From Dicyema japonicum (lineage: Eukaryota; Animalia; Dicyemida), in contig RDEW01000021.1 in assembly GCA_011109175.1 (NCBI GenBank), forward strand, positions 683,295-747,294: a stretch of DNA of 64,000 nt, in the 5' to 3' direction. The translations under genes were made by a program, and so were the position numbers. This document shows, in pieces, positions 1 to 12,113 of the stretch (the first letter of the stretch is position 1; each line of letters begins with the position of its first letter). Below the pieces are notes generated by a model. It was not told the origin of the DNA. It searched no databases and saw only the letters and a list, made by a program, of their open reading frames with translations.

Positions 1-75
1 ACGTAAAAATTTCTGCGACCGATGGCAATTCCGAGTGGTTCAAGAAACCCACACTGTTCCCGAGGATTTCCCAAC

Positions 76-946
76 CTAAACGAGGTTGGGTCAAGTTTCT
101 TTGAAAACATATTTGAATTATAAGCATAAATCTGGTACTTCTAAAACAAGAATGTTAAAGAAAGAAATGAATACACATTATTATTAAGGCACTTTCACGA
201 AAGCCATAATGTTTATAGTCCTGCATGTGCAACACTCAAAGAAACAATATTTATAGTTAGTCTTTTCCATCTTCCTCTGTCGAATGCGAGTGATCTCAAT
301 TCGTCCAGGTTGTCTCCCGTCTTTAGATTTTTTCTCACACGATTTAAGTCTTTGTTTAGGGCAGTCGNTTGAAAACATATTTGAATTATAAGCATAAATC
401 TGGTACTTCTAAAACAAGAATTTTAAAGAAAGAAATGAATACACATTATTATTAAGGCACTTTCACGAAAGCCATAATGTTTATAGTCCTGCATGTGCAA
501 CACTCAAAGAAACAATATTTATAGTTAGTCTTTTCCATCTTCCTCTTTCGAATGCGAGTGATCTCAATTCGTCCAGGTTGTCTCCCGTCTTTAGATTTTT
601 TCTCACATGATTTAAGTCTTTGTTTAGGGCAGTCGGAAGTGTCGATCTAGGTCGTCCGCGGAAGGGTTTTTCGCATCTGTCAAAGTAATCTTCCATCGCT
701 TTGTTAGCGGGTGCGTCCGGGTTCATTCTTAGTACATGCCCAAATAGCCTCCACCGGGCGTCTATCACATCCTTGCTGATGTAAAAACACATACACTTGT
801 TGTAGATACCAGTGGTTGATATTCTACNTCAAAGTAATCTTCCATCGCTTTGTTAGCGGGTGCCTCCGGGTTCATTCTTAGTACATGACCAAATAGCCTC
901 CACCGGGCATCTATCAAATCCTTGCTGATGTAAGAACATATACACA
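76..946 (-). mobile_element. RTE-clade non-LTR retrotransposon 3' fragment, with overlaps duplicated at single-N junctions 368 and 828
   Basis: Minus ORF 481..792 reads DARWRLFGHVLRMNPDAPANKAM..FRGRPRSTLPTALNKDL..LRSLAFERGRW, a typical RTE C-terminus. Related pieces lie at ~9225 and ~24200. Confidence 0.8.
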
Positions 947-2958
947 TCACAAAATCAACACACGACGTTCTTGAAGAAACTTATCAATTTTGTCTGTGGA
1001 ACATAGTCTTTGAAGGATCTGACCATGCTAATGGAGTCCATATTGGTATCCTCGAAGGTGTAATCATAGGAAAAGCAATAATTAAAGTTTGTTTGGGGAT
1101 AAGCACGTGTATCGACTGATATGATGTACGATTCAAACTTGAACTGCGACTGTTCACCATTCCCCAGTCTGAAAATACAGAAGCTCTCGGTGTATCCGTT
1201 AACGATGAAGGGACCGTGGACAAAGAGATCTTCAATTTCGTCTGCATAGATGGTCCAAAATCATAACTTTGAGGACTTCTTCAGAAGCTTCGATTTCAGC
1301 AACTCCAATATTATATTATTGACCCGACGATGGAAAGAACTGCTAGTGTTTTCCTTTGTACGAGTGGATTGGAGACATTGCAACATATTCGAGGCTTATC
1401 TTGAGATCAAAAGACACTAACCATTACCAATGATATTAATCGTTTGAATGTCCATGTCACAAACCTCTAATAAACTATCTAGGACGCTTTGTTGGGAGAG
1501 TTTATACTATAGAAAAGTTGGTGACAAAGTCATATCACATAAGGAGGTGGATCTCGAAAAGTAATTGACTCTAATCTAAGATGAGAAGCTTAGTAACACC
1601 ATGAACCGCAACGCTTTAACAAGAAAAGTCCGAGGTGGACAAAAACAAATTCGAAGAGTTGGTTGAAAGAAGATGGGGATGGAAGTTAAAACTTGATAAG
1701 AGATATCCTATTTTCTTGAAGTTCTGAATTATGCTTCGAGACATCGGATCTAGCGCCGTTATGAATGGTTTCTATACTGAGAAGACAAAGAGAACCCTTC
1801 GAATACGCATCATAAGCATAAGAATTAATGTTACGAATTAAGAAAATTTATTAGTAAGTCGACAATAACCTTCATAGTCTTCATTATTTATGTCATGGGA
1901 GAACAAGTCCTGGTAGTGGGTCTTATTTCCAAAAAAGATTCGGTCGTATACGTAATTCCTAAGGTATTTGTTCCCATAGACCACGTTGTCGTAGAATTTA
2001 TCGCTAATTTCCACCAACTTGACAACCTAAGGGTGAAAACCAAGAACACTTTGTTTATGGAGAGGAATGGAGACCCGCTGGAGAGTTCGCTGATCAGACT
2101 CTCAGTCATTGCGGGGAAGAATTTTTCAAACCGTTTAATAAAGAGCTGTGAGTAAGTCTACATTGAGAGGGAGTCGTACATTAGTGTAGAGCAACTCGTA
2201 CTCGAAAGGGTCATTTTCAAACTCGTCATAATCCTGTTGTGAATTTATGTATAATTCTTTCTTGACCTCATTAAACATCTTCATGATGGTATTTACTCCG
2301 AAATTTATCATTTCTTCGTAGGAAACATGCCTTGTCAGGTTAATACTGTTATCAACGGCAATCAGAGAAAACAGGAAGACTATCAAGTGGGGGTTGAAGG
2401 TCATCTTGAGGAACCCCCTAAAATGAGGCCAATCCACCACTTTTTGATTTCCTGAAAGGCCTCGGCCATCAGACTTTCAATATGACTATCGATGACGATA
2501 GCCTTCCACTGAAGTAGGAGAACCTAGAGTGAGTGTAATGGGTACTCTGTCAAGGGCATAGTTGTCATATTGTTCCTTGAACTTATGTCTGAGTCTTATT
2601 ATGTGCCGCATATTTACGAAAAATAGGTCACATAGCTGACGACAGAACAGATAAAATTGGCAGAAAATGTCTGCGTACACAGCAAGGAAACCGGACTGGG
2701 AATTTTTGAGTTTCTTAAAATAGAGTTTTTACTATTTTACGTTTTCCCATCCAAGAATGAGCCCTTCTGTGAACTTCCGGATGCATTCGGTAATGGAAAC
2801 AGGGTATTGGTCGTCCAATCGGATGAATTGGCAGCATACTCTGCGAATGAGTGGAAAATGTACTGAATGGTAGATATCCATTCGTCTTGTGGGAGAGTTT
2901 TGTCTTTGACAATTTTGACTAAAACTTGGTTAATTTGATACCAGAGATCGTTAAACAT
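947..2958 (-). CDS. Cullin family protein, N-terminus most like Cullin-5; multi-exon, 3' end unresolved
   Basis: Removing introns 2841-2863 (23 nt) and 2714-2740 (27 nt) gives MFNDLWYQINQVLVKIVKDKTLPQDEWISTIQVCCQFIRLDDQYPVSITECIRKF..FLAVYADIFCQFYLFCRQLCDLF, aligning by eye with Cul5 FEDKW..QQW..WDDKGP..LLKAY. Later exons LFIKRFEKFFPAMTES and HYQDLFSHDINNED fit cullin repeats. Exons below ~1850 are less certain. Confidence 0.6.
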
Positions 2959-3051
2959 AAAAATATATAATTTGGAATTTTAATTAATATTTATTCATTT
3001 TTAAATTAATTTCCAATATTTTTTTACATAAAATTAATTTTTGATAATTTT

Positions 3052-3459
3052 NNNNNNNNNNNNNNNNNNNNNNNNNNNNNNNNNNNNNNNNNNNNNNNNN
3101 NNNNNNNNNNNNNNNNNNNNNNNNNNNNNNNNNNNNNNNNNNNNNNNNNNNNNNNNNNNNNNNNNNNNNNNNNNNNNNNNNNNNNNNNNNNNNNNNNNNN
3201 NNNNNNNNNNNNNNNNNNNNNNNNNNNNNNNNNNNNNNNNNNNNNNNNNNNNNNNNNNNNNNNNNNNNNNNNNNNNNNNNNNNNNNNNNNNNNNNNNNNN
3301 NNNNNNNNNNNNNNNNNNNNNNNNNNNNNNNNNNNNNNNNNNNNNNNNNNNNNNNNNNNNNNNNNNNNNNNNNNNNNNNNNNNNNNNNNNNNNNNNNNNN
3401 NNNNNNNNNNNNNNNNNNNNNNNNNNNNNNNNNNNNNNNNNNNNNNNNNNNNNNNNNNN
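3052..3459. other. Assembly gap (N run)
   Basis: Continuous Ns; ORFs 2984..3625 and 3041..3469 are inflated by it. Confidence 0.99.
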
Positions 3460-4256
3460 GCTTAATTGATTTCGAAAGAGAAATTTTCATTTTTCCAATT
3501 AAGTCATTAACTATGGGATATTTTAACATTATTTTCATTGTACAATTTCGCAGCAAATGATAAAAACAAGCAATATAAAAATTTTTATTGTTTTCATTTT
3601 TCATCATCTTGCCAGCCTTCACCATATAAGGAGCCGCATCGCTAATAAAGATGTCATATTTAAAATTTTTAATAAGAATTTATTTATTTTTGAATTATAA
3701 ATTTCGAATGTACTGAATTTGTTGATGATTCAACAATGTAATTACAAATTGTCCCAATAAAATTTGAAATTATTTTCCCGTTCATGTTACTTCAAATGGA
3801 ATTGTTTGTTAAAAATGTTTTCTGCAGTTCAATTATATGAAGGTCATAAAGTTTATGAATATTTTTTCGTAGTGCTGTAATAGACGGTACATAATAATTT
3901 AAGGAATAGTTTTTTGTATAACTATTCCCTAATTTGTAAAGTGGAATATCAACATTTAAAAATGCTTTAACCAAAAAGATATCCAGCTTTTCTTCTTTCT
4001 CTTCAGAAAGAAAAACTTGAGTAGCTTTTATACTTTCCTGGCATTCTGTTTGATGTCCTTTTCCATTAAGATGTTGATCGATGTAGTATTGTTTAGATAT
4101 TTTACTATCTTAGAGCATTTTTGGCAAAATAAATCTCCTGTAGGTGTTCTTGTGAATATGTGTGAGTTTTTGTACTTGCTTTTGAAATTCGTTCCTTATT
4201 TTTTCCTCTGAGTTCTAATAGTTTTAATAATTGGGAAAATACAAACCTGCCATTAA
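3460..4256 (-). mobile_element. Degenerate hAT-type (CGGBP1-related) transposase
   Basis: GDLFCQKCSKIV / KQYYIDQHLNGKGH zinc finger; VKAFLNVDIPLYKL..PSITALRKN; FISDAAPYMVKAGK..CFYHLL..YPIVNDLIGKMK. Contains frameshifts. Confidence 0.75.
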
Positions 4257-4799
4257 ATGAAGACTGCTAATACACAACAAAACAAATTATAACGTATAAT
4301 TTAAAATGAAATAAAAAAACTAAAAAGTACAATTTTATCTTTGAAATAGGACAATTTCCGCCCTACTTATCGACAATTTCCCCCCATTATGTGTCGGGTT
4401 GAAAATGTAGAATCTAAAATTAGGGTTTAGAGAAGGGTTTATGATTAAAATCTGTGGGATATTTTTTAAGGTAAGGGCAGAGGTTTCAGAAAAGATTATT
4501 TTCGCTCCACATTAATCGTAATTCTAGAGGTGTCGGCACACACGAAATTGTCTCACGGCACACCGTTTGAAAATATGATGAAACATAACACGTTCAAGTA
4601 AACACATTGAATATATCGATTAAATAACAATATTTTAAAATAAATCTTTTTAGTTGGTTACCCTTTAAAACAAAATAAAATCTTGTTAAAAATCTGAGTG
4701 GTCTGGAGGTCATATACAAACAGTTCATCGAGGCTACAATAATATACGCATGTAATATCTGGGGATCTAACCTTTCTGCAACGAATTTGGAGAAGACAT

Positions 4800-5205
4800 G
4801 CATTCAAGTAAAAGCAGCAAACCTACTAAGGAAATATTCCCGAGTGGAAATTCTGTCATTAAACCTATAAATTATGATAGAGGCGAATGGAGCAGTGCTC
4901 CTGCAAAGAACTCGAGTATGCGAACCCCGTCTATATTGGAAATGCGCAGGAACGCAGTCGGAACACCGAGAAAAGNTTCCCGAGTGGAAATTCTGCCAAA
5001 AAACCTAGAAAATATGATAGAGGCGACTGGAGCAGTGCCCCTGCAAAAGACTCGAGTATGCGGACCCCGTTTGTATTGGAAATGCGTAGGAACGCAGTCG
5101 GAACACCGAGAAAAGATGCGGAGACTGTTGAGGGAGGCTGGGATCACCTGAATTTTGTTATTTTGGATATGACGGTGGTTTATTGGTTCAATAAAATAAA
5201 AAATA
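4800..5205 (+). mobile_element. 3' end of Jockey/I-like LINE family (duplicated overlap at n 4976)
   Basis: Ends ..LYWKCVGTQSEHREKMRRLLREAGIT* followed by an A-rich tail; same terminus as the 28170-31165 element. Confidence 0.75.
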
Positions 5206-5439
5206 AGTTGGCTTGTTGTTCTTGTTACAATGTCAACTAAAATATTCGAATAAAGTGAATTACTTTAGACTTTTAATTAAAATACTTAAGTTTTTTAAGA
5301 AAAATTAGTGAAATTAGTAAAGCGGTCCGTCAAATGGACGCTCACATTTAATTTTTATATTTTTTCCAATTTATCACCGATAGATTTTACAATTAACAAT
5401 TAACAACAATTTAGCAACAAGTTACGGAATAGGTACTAT

Positions 5440-7130
5440 CAGCCAGTTGGCCTGGAGTGTTCATCCCGGTACCCCCTTTCCTTGCTAACCATCCATCTGC
5501 TGATCTTGGAAGTTACACATCCTGATTTGAATATCTTCCCTGACTGGCCTGACAAGTTTGTTCTTTTCCTCAGTCAGGCCTTCGTACAATTTCTTTCCAA
5601 GTAATAGTTTGATCTCCGCTCGCCTTGTTTTCTCAAGTCTAGCGAGGATCCTTTTCCTCGAGGGGCTGTAAAACCATCCCTCGCTTCCGTAGATAAGTCT
5701 TGGAAGAATCACATTCCGAAAAACAAAAAGCATGGTATCACCATCCAACTTCAGACTTCTAGTGCAGAACAATGCTTACACAGCCTTCTTTCTTTGCTTT
5801 TCGATGTCCTTCAGATATGATCCTCTCCCATCTACTACAATCCCCAGGTATTTCAGGGACGAAACTCTCGGTATGTGAAGAGTGTAAGGCTCTTCGTGAT
5901 GCCTACCCAGCCTGCTTATCCGTAAATAACTGGACTTTTCCGTGGAGAATCTCAGAACTCTCCGATCACACCAATCCTGGACTCTGTTAACAAAAGCTCC
6001 TATTCGCCGCTCTGAAAGGTATGTCCTCAAAGACGAATCCAAGATTAAAATTTCATCAGCGTGTATTATCAGTTTGGTCCTGACGTCTAGCGGTGACGGA
6101 AAATCTTCCATAAATACGTTGAATAACAGGGGGCTTAAAATATATCCCTGCGGCTTTACACACCAAAAACTCATATGCGAACAGCCTTACTCTTTGTGGA
6201 CAAACAAAATGCATTCGAGTCTATCTCGAGGCCTCTGTTGACAAAAAAGATTTTGTATTCATCCGAATATAAAGTTGTGGCAAGTAACTTCCATTCCGAT
6301 TGACGTGCGAGAGTATGGTATGGCACCATCAGTTCAATATCTCCCCTTTTTCCAACAGGGTACCACAAGGATCCTTACTGCACCATTCAATTTGTTTGTA
6401 TTATCTTCAAGCTGTTTCAAGTTTGATGATACTATTATTGCCGATAGGAAGTCTCCCCTGCGACTGGCGATATTCAATCGCACCTCAACAGGGTGCATTA
6501 TCGTTTCGGTATTAATTCTTTTAAAATGTCGGCGGCAAAATGCATATTCACGATATTTACCTCAGTGTTTGACAGAACTATACATTGGGGACATCCTTAT
6601 TCCCATACCCAGTAAACAGAAGGATGCTGCATGTATTGAATGCACTTATAAAGAAGTTCCCCTTCCCTCTTATGGACTGAAAATCAAGACTATAGTCAAG
6701 GCATTTTTTTAACAATTGAATATGCTTGTAGGTTTGTGATATCCTCTCCCGCATGTAGGTTTGTGATATCCTCTTCCAAACTCAATAAACTATATTCAGT
6801 AAGGGGATAACTACACGTTTGCATCCCATACTATTACAATCTGTCATAAAGAATGACACACTGGTCGAGTTCCTTTGTGGGCATTCCCGGAGGTTCTACC
6901 GTTTTACAGTTAGGACATTGGAAGACCACGCAAGAAGGGTCCAAAAATTATGGAACCTAGGATCACTTAATTACTGTTTTAATATATTTCTTAGTGATTT
7001 TGGGTTCTCGAATAATAATAATCGAAGCCTTACAATCATCAGTAATCGGAACTCTTATGAAGTTTTCGTCTTCCTTGGAACCCAACCTCTTTCGAGATCA
7101 TATTCTACGTGAACATCTGGCAGTAGATCT
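5440..7130 (-). mobile_element. Degenerate non-LTR retrotransposon reverse transcriptase
   Basis: PQGYILSPLLFNVFMEDF, IIHADEILIL (YADD-like), LKYLGIVVD, FRNVILPRLIYGSEGW. Confidence 0.85.
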
Positions 7131-7349
7131 TTTATTAGTATTGTTGACGAACCCATGTGAGTGCATTGAATAATAGCTATGAATTTACATAAATATTAGA
7201 TTGAATAGCGCTGTCAACTGTGGTTCCCCTGACCCAGTTGGCTAAATGCTTCCTATTCAGAAACTCCTATAAACCCGAGTTTGTTGAGATCCAGTAATGA
7301 GTAAAAACAAAGAGGAAGAAAAACCAATAAACATGGTTCCCCTTGATAA

Positions 7350-7621
7350 TTCCGATAACACAAGATGCTTGTCCCTTGATTTTATTTGTTTCTGCGATGT
7401 TAATCCTACCAATTAGTCGCTGTAACAAAATCCTCCTCGATAGTGGACACTCCGTATCTATGCTCCACCATCGAGCTCTTGAACGTTCCGATAACACAAG
7501 ATGCTTGTCCCTTGATTTCATTCGTTTCTGCGATGTTAATCCTACCAATTAGTCGCTGTAACAAAATCCTCCTCGATAGTGGACTCTCCGTATCTATGCT
7601 CCACCATCGAGCTCTTGAACG
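7350..7621 (+). repeat. 2 x 136 bp tandem duplication containing an LLDSG (retropepsin-like) motif
   Basis: Copies 7350-7485 and 7486-7621 differ by about 3 substitutions; translation NKILLDSGHSVSML. Confidence 0.85.
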
Positions 7622-7824
7622 TCTTCTTGAGAACGACGGGTTGAATGTATGCAACATAATAATAATACTGCACTTTACGAAGAACCATATTATCTATATC
7701 TACTCCCGGCAGGACACACACTTTAAGTAAAGAACAGTTATGAGTGAGTCCTTTTTGTTGGATGTGAGTCTTTGAGTGAAATTTTTACTGATGACGGCGT
7801 CACTCGTCAAGCCAAAGAATCGTA

Positions 7825-7886
7825 GATGCGTGGACCCTTCAGTCGGAAAGTACAGCAGCGAGATTATAACTAGAATCCATCAGGCC
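7825..7886 (-). mobile_element. Diverged partial copy of the SINE-like repeat at 16980-17135
   Basis: gatgcgtggacccttcagtcggaaagtacagc..aactag..tcaggcc aligns with 17047-17107. Confidence 0.45.
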
Positions 7887-7899
7887 TTATACCAGACAT

Positions 7900-8570
7900 T
7901 CGTTACACTTTACGTAACTTAGTTGGTTAATATCTCGTTTGAGTTGCTCTGACTAGGTCGGGTTTCGTTTGAGCCATAATTTCAACAATCCTCGCTGTCA
8001 TCAGTTTCCAGGGCTTTTTGTTCCTTGTTAGCATTCTAAAATCATCCAGGTCATCTACGGAATTGAAATTTTTTCAGGTCCTCTGGTAGTCTTCTTTTTG
8101 TATTTTTGTGTATGGTCCTGAGGTACCGTTGATGAAACACATCAAGTTTACTCACCTTTTGTTTGCTTGTCCCCCAGGTGCTCGAGTTGTATAACAGAAT
8201 GGGTATCTATTTATCGTGTTATACTATTTTAGCCGAAGCCCGAGAGAGGTGTGCCTTCATCGTACCCAAATATTCCACATTTTCTTAAAGATGGTGGCCA
8301 GCCTCTTTCTTATGCTGCTCTATTAGGTTTCGATTTAGTGTTTGATGGAATGTCCACTCTTTTGTAGGGTTTGTGACTTATTCTCACACAATGCTCCATG
8401 TTTAGATCCATCTGGTAACAAAATCTCCCTCGTTCTTACTGTAGCGTTTTAATGTTCCATAACATCTTCCACATATTGGAAAGTGATCCACTTTTGGTCA
8501 TGGGAGTGGATATGCGGCCCAGTTTCCTTCTTAACTTTCTGCACTTTCGGAGATCCCCGTGTTCAGTGCT
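7900..8570 (-). mobile_element. Degenerate RTE-like LINE fragment
   Basis: STWGTSKQKVSKLDVFHQRYLRTI matches the RTE LYGCETW..KLDVFHRRCLRRI region. Confidence 0.6.
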
Positions 8571-8699
8571 CGTATTTGCTTTAATTTAGTTGATTTTACT
8601 GTTTCATAAAATTAGCTGATTTTACTGTTCAGACTCATGAATTTTCATAATCGACTAAAACCAGAAAAAGCTTTATTTAAGGAAAGAAGAATTAAACAT

Positions 8700-9050
8700 A
8701 AAATTTAATATTTCGTTGATCCTCCATTATTTTCGAATCTTTGAAGAGGTTTTCCTGCAGGAACCCTGTTATGAATGCCCAATTCATTAAATCTTCGGAA
8801 GATTCTGTCCGAGTCCATAAGTATGCCCTTTTTTGAAAGAATGTTGGATGTCTTGCGCGAACAAGTGAGCTGATTTTCACTTAAAGTTTTAATAATCATT
8901 CGATTTTCCCGATTTGAGTAAACTGCTTTCCTTTCACAGTTTCTTCGACAAAAATTGTCACGGGTCTTGAGACTTTTTAAAAATCTCGAAACTGTCGACT
9001 GACTACAGTTGAGCGCTTCTGCAATCTTGATATGATAATTCTAAAAATGC
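8700..9050 (-). mobile_element. Tc1/mariner transposase, N-terminal DNA-binding region only
   Basis: Continuous frame KIAEALNCSQSTVSRFLK..NRENRMIIK..RIFRRFNELGIHNRVPAGKPL; no DDE domain seen. Confidence 0.75.
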
Positions 9051-9224
9051 TATTTTTCGATGTCTCGGAAGCATCCTTGTTCTCTCCCATCACACAACAC
9101 CAAAGTGGATGCGATCCTTAACATTTTATGGGGAAAGTATTAACGTTAATGATTATGCTAATTTTATGAGTAACAAAAAAAACGATCTAATTTTATGAAA
9201 CAGCAAAATCGAGTAATTTAAGGG

Positions 9225-9400
9225 AGAAATCGAGGGTCACTCTTCCTGTGGCCTCAACAAGGATCTTAACAGGATTGGAATTAAATTGTTATGTACGGAC
9301 TACCCAGAAGACCTGTGGTCGCATGCCATCGACAGATCCCGTTGGAGACGTCAGGTGAAGAGGATCTTAAATCGTGTGACACAAATGGCACCTTAGCTGA
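9225..9400 (+). mobile_element. RTE 3' fragment
   Basis: GLNKDLNRIGIKL..EDLWSHAIDRSRWRRQV, related to 76-946. Confidence 0.65.
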
Positions 9401-10852
9401 TATAACATTCTTTGGTTATGACAACAAAGAATTCTTTTGCATTCTTCTTATCCTCCCCATACGTGCTCCCAGCTTTTTAAAAGGTAGAATACAGAGTTTC
9501 CAGCAGTACTAACTCTTCCATTGAATTTCTATGGTTGAGGGATATCCCAAGAAACCTCTTTAAGATAATATAACTGGCACTCGGTTACCGACTTTTGTTA
9601 TCATGGAACCGAGCGATCTTAGAAAATAGACCGTCCTGGACCCCAAGGTTCCGCTCGTCTAGACGACTACGTAGTGTACGTAGAAACTTGTTGAGAGGCT
9701 GTCATATTTTCTTATATTGAAATTCTCGAAAGTTCGAGCAGCCTCTCAGCTTTTAACGGGAGCCTTAAATTCTCGACTGGGAAAAGGTGTCGGTGCAGAC
9801 CCCACCCCAAATCAACTCAATTTTTAAGAAAAATGAATGTGCTTTAAAAAATTGCAAGATCAATGGAGAAGTGGACGAGTGTTTGTTACCTGTTAGAGTC
9901 ATCTCCGGGATGTAGTATGTGTGTGCACCGATTTACGTTTCTTCCGCCGATCTTCTTGATCCCTTCCGATCATTCCGAAGGAGCAGTAATGGGGGGGTTG
10001 ATGTGCTTAAGCCATCTCATGGAACTTTTATCTCAATCTATCCGGGAGAATTCTGGATCTTGTGAACGTGTTGCTTTCTGGGATTATTTCTGATTTTGAC
10101 CACAATCTCATATTTTCTGCAAATTTAACGACGGAATGCAGTCGGTAACGTTTTCTTCTGTCGGATCCGAAGTGAGGGGTCAATGAGGTTAGGAAGTTCG
10201 TCAGGTTATCATCTGAACCTGAAGTTAGCGTCCTTTTCAAATTCTACGCAACGCTTTCAACTCTGTCAGAAAAGATATCATCTTTACTGTTGCTTGAAAA
10301 ACGTCTCCGTTTAAGAGACCAACCAATGAATTATATGGTGAAAATTTTAGGCCCCACTCCTCTGTGAGTGACCCCAGCCTACTTGAGGGATGTAAAGTAA
10401 AAACTAAAAATGAACTGCGGTGAATACTTGCGGTTTTTACTTTTGATATGTGAATTTAAAAATAAATTTACTATACACACAATCTTGAATGCGACGTCCC
10501 CTTCATCCTATACGTGGAGCTCCAGACAAATGATCCTCAAAGTCTATACAACTTTATGAGATTCGAACATGGATCCAATGTGCATCCGACACTTCCTAGA
10601 ACTTTGAGCTTCCAATGTCTCCTAATCTTGTTTCAAACGGGGACTTTCATTCACCATGAAACTAAGCATCCATTTCGCGCATAGAGGTACGTCACCACCT
10701 CGACCTTCCAGCTCAACCGCATAGCCAACTGAGTCATTGTCTCGTCTCCGTTTTCTGCGTCCAATTTATATGTTTAATTATATTATATTTTAAAATAATT
10801 TATTTTGATTTATTAAAATAGATATAAAAAAGTAATTTATTTTGAGTATTTA

Positions 10853-11804
10853 ATGGAGCAAAATCAAGACGGTAAATCTATTATTTAAAATAGTCTGGAG
10901 TTTGATTGAGTATTTGAAAGTGTTTGAATTTATCGAAAAGAAAATAAAAACCATCGAAATAAACAGTATTCCTTCAATTTTCAAATTCAGCGAAACTTCT
11001 GGAGCACTACTGCAACTCCCAGGCACTCGAAACCTCGGATTTCACTCAAATGTATATTTTCGCGTTACGCAGCCTCGAACTTCAAAAACTCAACAAACTC
11101 GACATTACTTGCACGCACAACAACATTATCGCCCTCAAAAATAAAATTAGATTTGCCCCCACAAACGAAAGGGTATATTTGCAAAAATATGATTTTTTAA
11201 ATTTCAGATTAAAAGAAGCAACGAGATTGCCCATTTGGTGGAGAAATTTGAAGGGTACATAAGGAGTTTCCAGTCTTCGCAGAGATCCATAGCCAGCAAC
11301 AGACGGTCCCGACTGAAGAGCACGAAATCTGTTGTTGTATGGTTTCAGTATAGAACTCCAATGTGCGGATCGTCGATTTGGAGTATTTGTTTGGTAACTT
11401 TAGCACACATTTTGAGGTCGTAGACTTTGATTGCCCGGCGGTCGAGGCTGAAGAAGACTTGATTCTTAACCTGGAGGTATTTTGGTCCCTGAACTCAGAA
11501 CGACGTGAGGGATATTAATCAAATATTCCATGACTTGGGGTTAATGGTTGATTATCAAGGAGGCCACTTGGGTTTGTCTAATAAGTCAGTTCCAGATGTG
11601 GTGGAGGAGAAGATAACCGGGGAAATCCTCGATGACGTCCATATTGCGGTGGAGTCCATCCAAAAGGCCAGAGAAATTAAAACAGTTATGAGGAGGTGTT
11701 ACCGCTAGAAAGCAATGAAAGAGAAGATCATGATCGTTGTGATCTCCATTTTGTTGATAATCGCCATAATTGTCCTTGCTGTAGTCCTTAAAAAGAATAC
11801 TTAA
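10853..11804 (+). CDS. Syntaxin-7/12 family Qa-SNARE, 10 exons
   Basis: Nine GT-AG introns (22,25,21,35,23,21,22,24,24 nt) give one open frame: MEQNQD..AHLVEKFEGYIRSFQSSQR..LENDVRDINQIFHDLGLMVDYQGGHLDVVEEKI..KIMIVVISILLIIAIIVLAVVLKKNT* (Habc helices, SNARE motif with Q zero layer, C-terminal TM). Confidence 0.85.
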
Positions 11805-12113
11805 AGTCTTCAGTTCATATAAATCGATGACCTTAAAACAAAAATTTTATAAATTCTAAAAAATCCAGTCTGCCCTTAAGCATATTAATGGAGTTTCACT
11901 GTGATCAATTCAACCAGTCTAACGAGCTAATGTGAGAATCTTGAATTATATATATCGATGTCTTCCATCTAAGATCGATCGGGGGTACTTTTGTGCATCA
12001 AAAAAAGAGTCATTCACCGCACATCGATCGGTAGTACGCAAATGGATCAAAAAGAGAATCGGGGTTTTGCATCAAAGAAAAAGAATCTATCAACAAAAAT
12101 CAAGCGAGAGTAG

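Noticed and set aside
2984-3625. 213-aa ORF
   Set aside because: Mostly N gap; only the first ~55 aa are real and belong to the hAT remnant.
4420-4445. ttagggtttagagaagggttt as telomeric repeat
   Set aside because: One or two degenerate units only, no tandem array.
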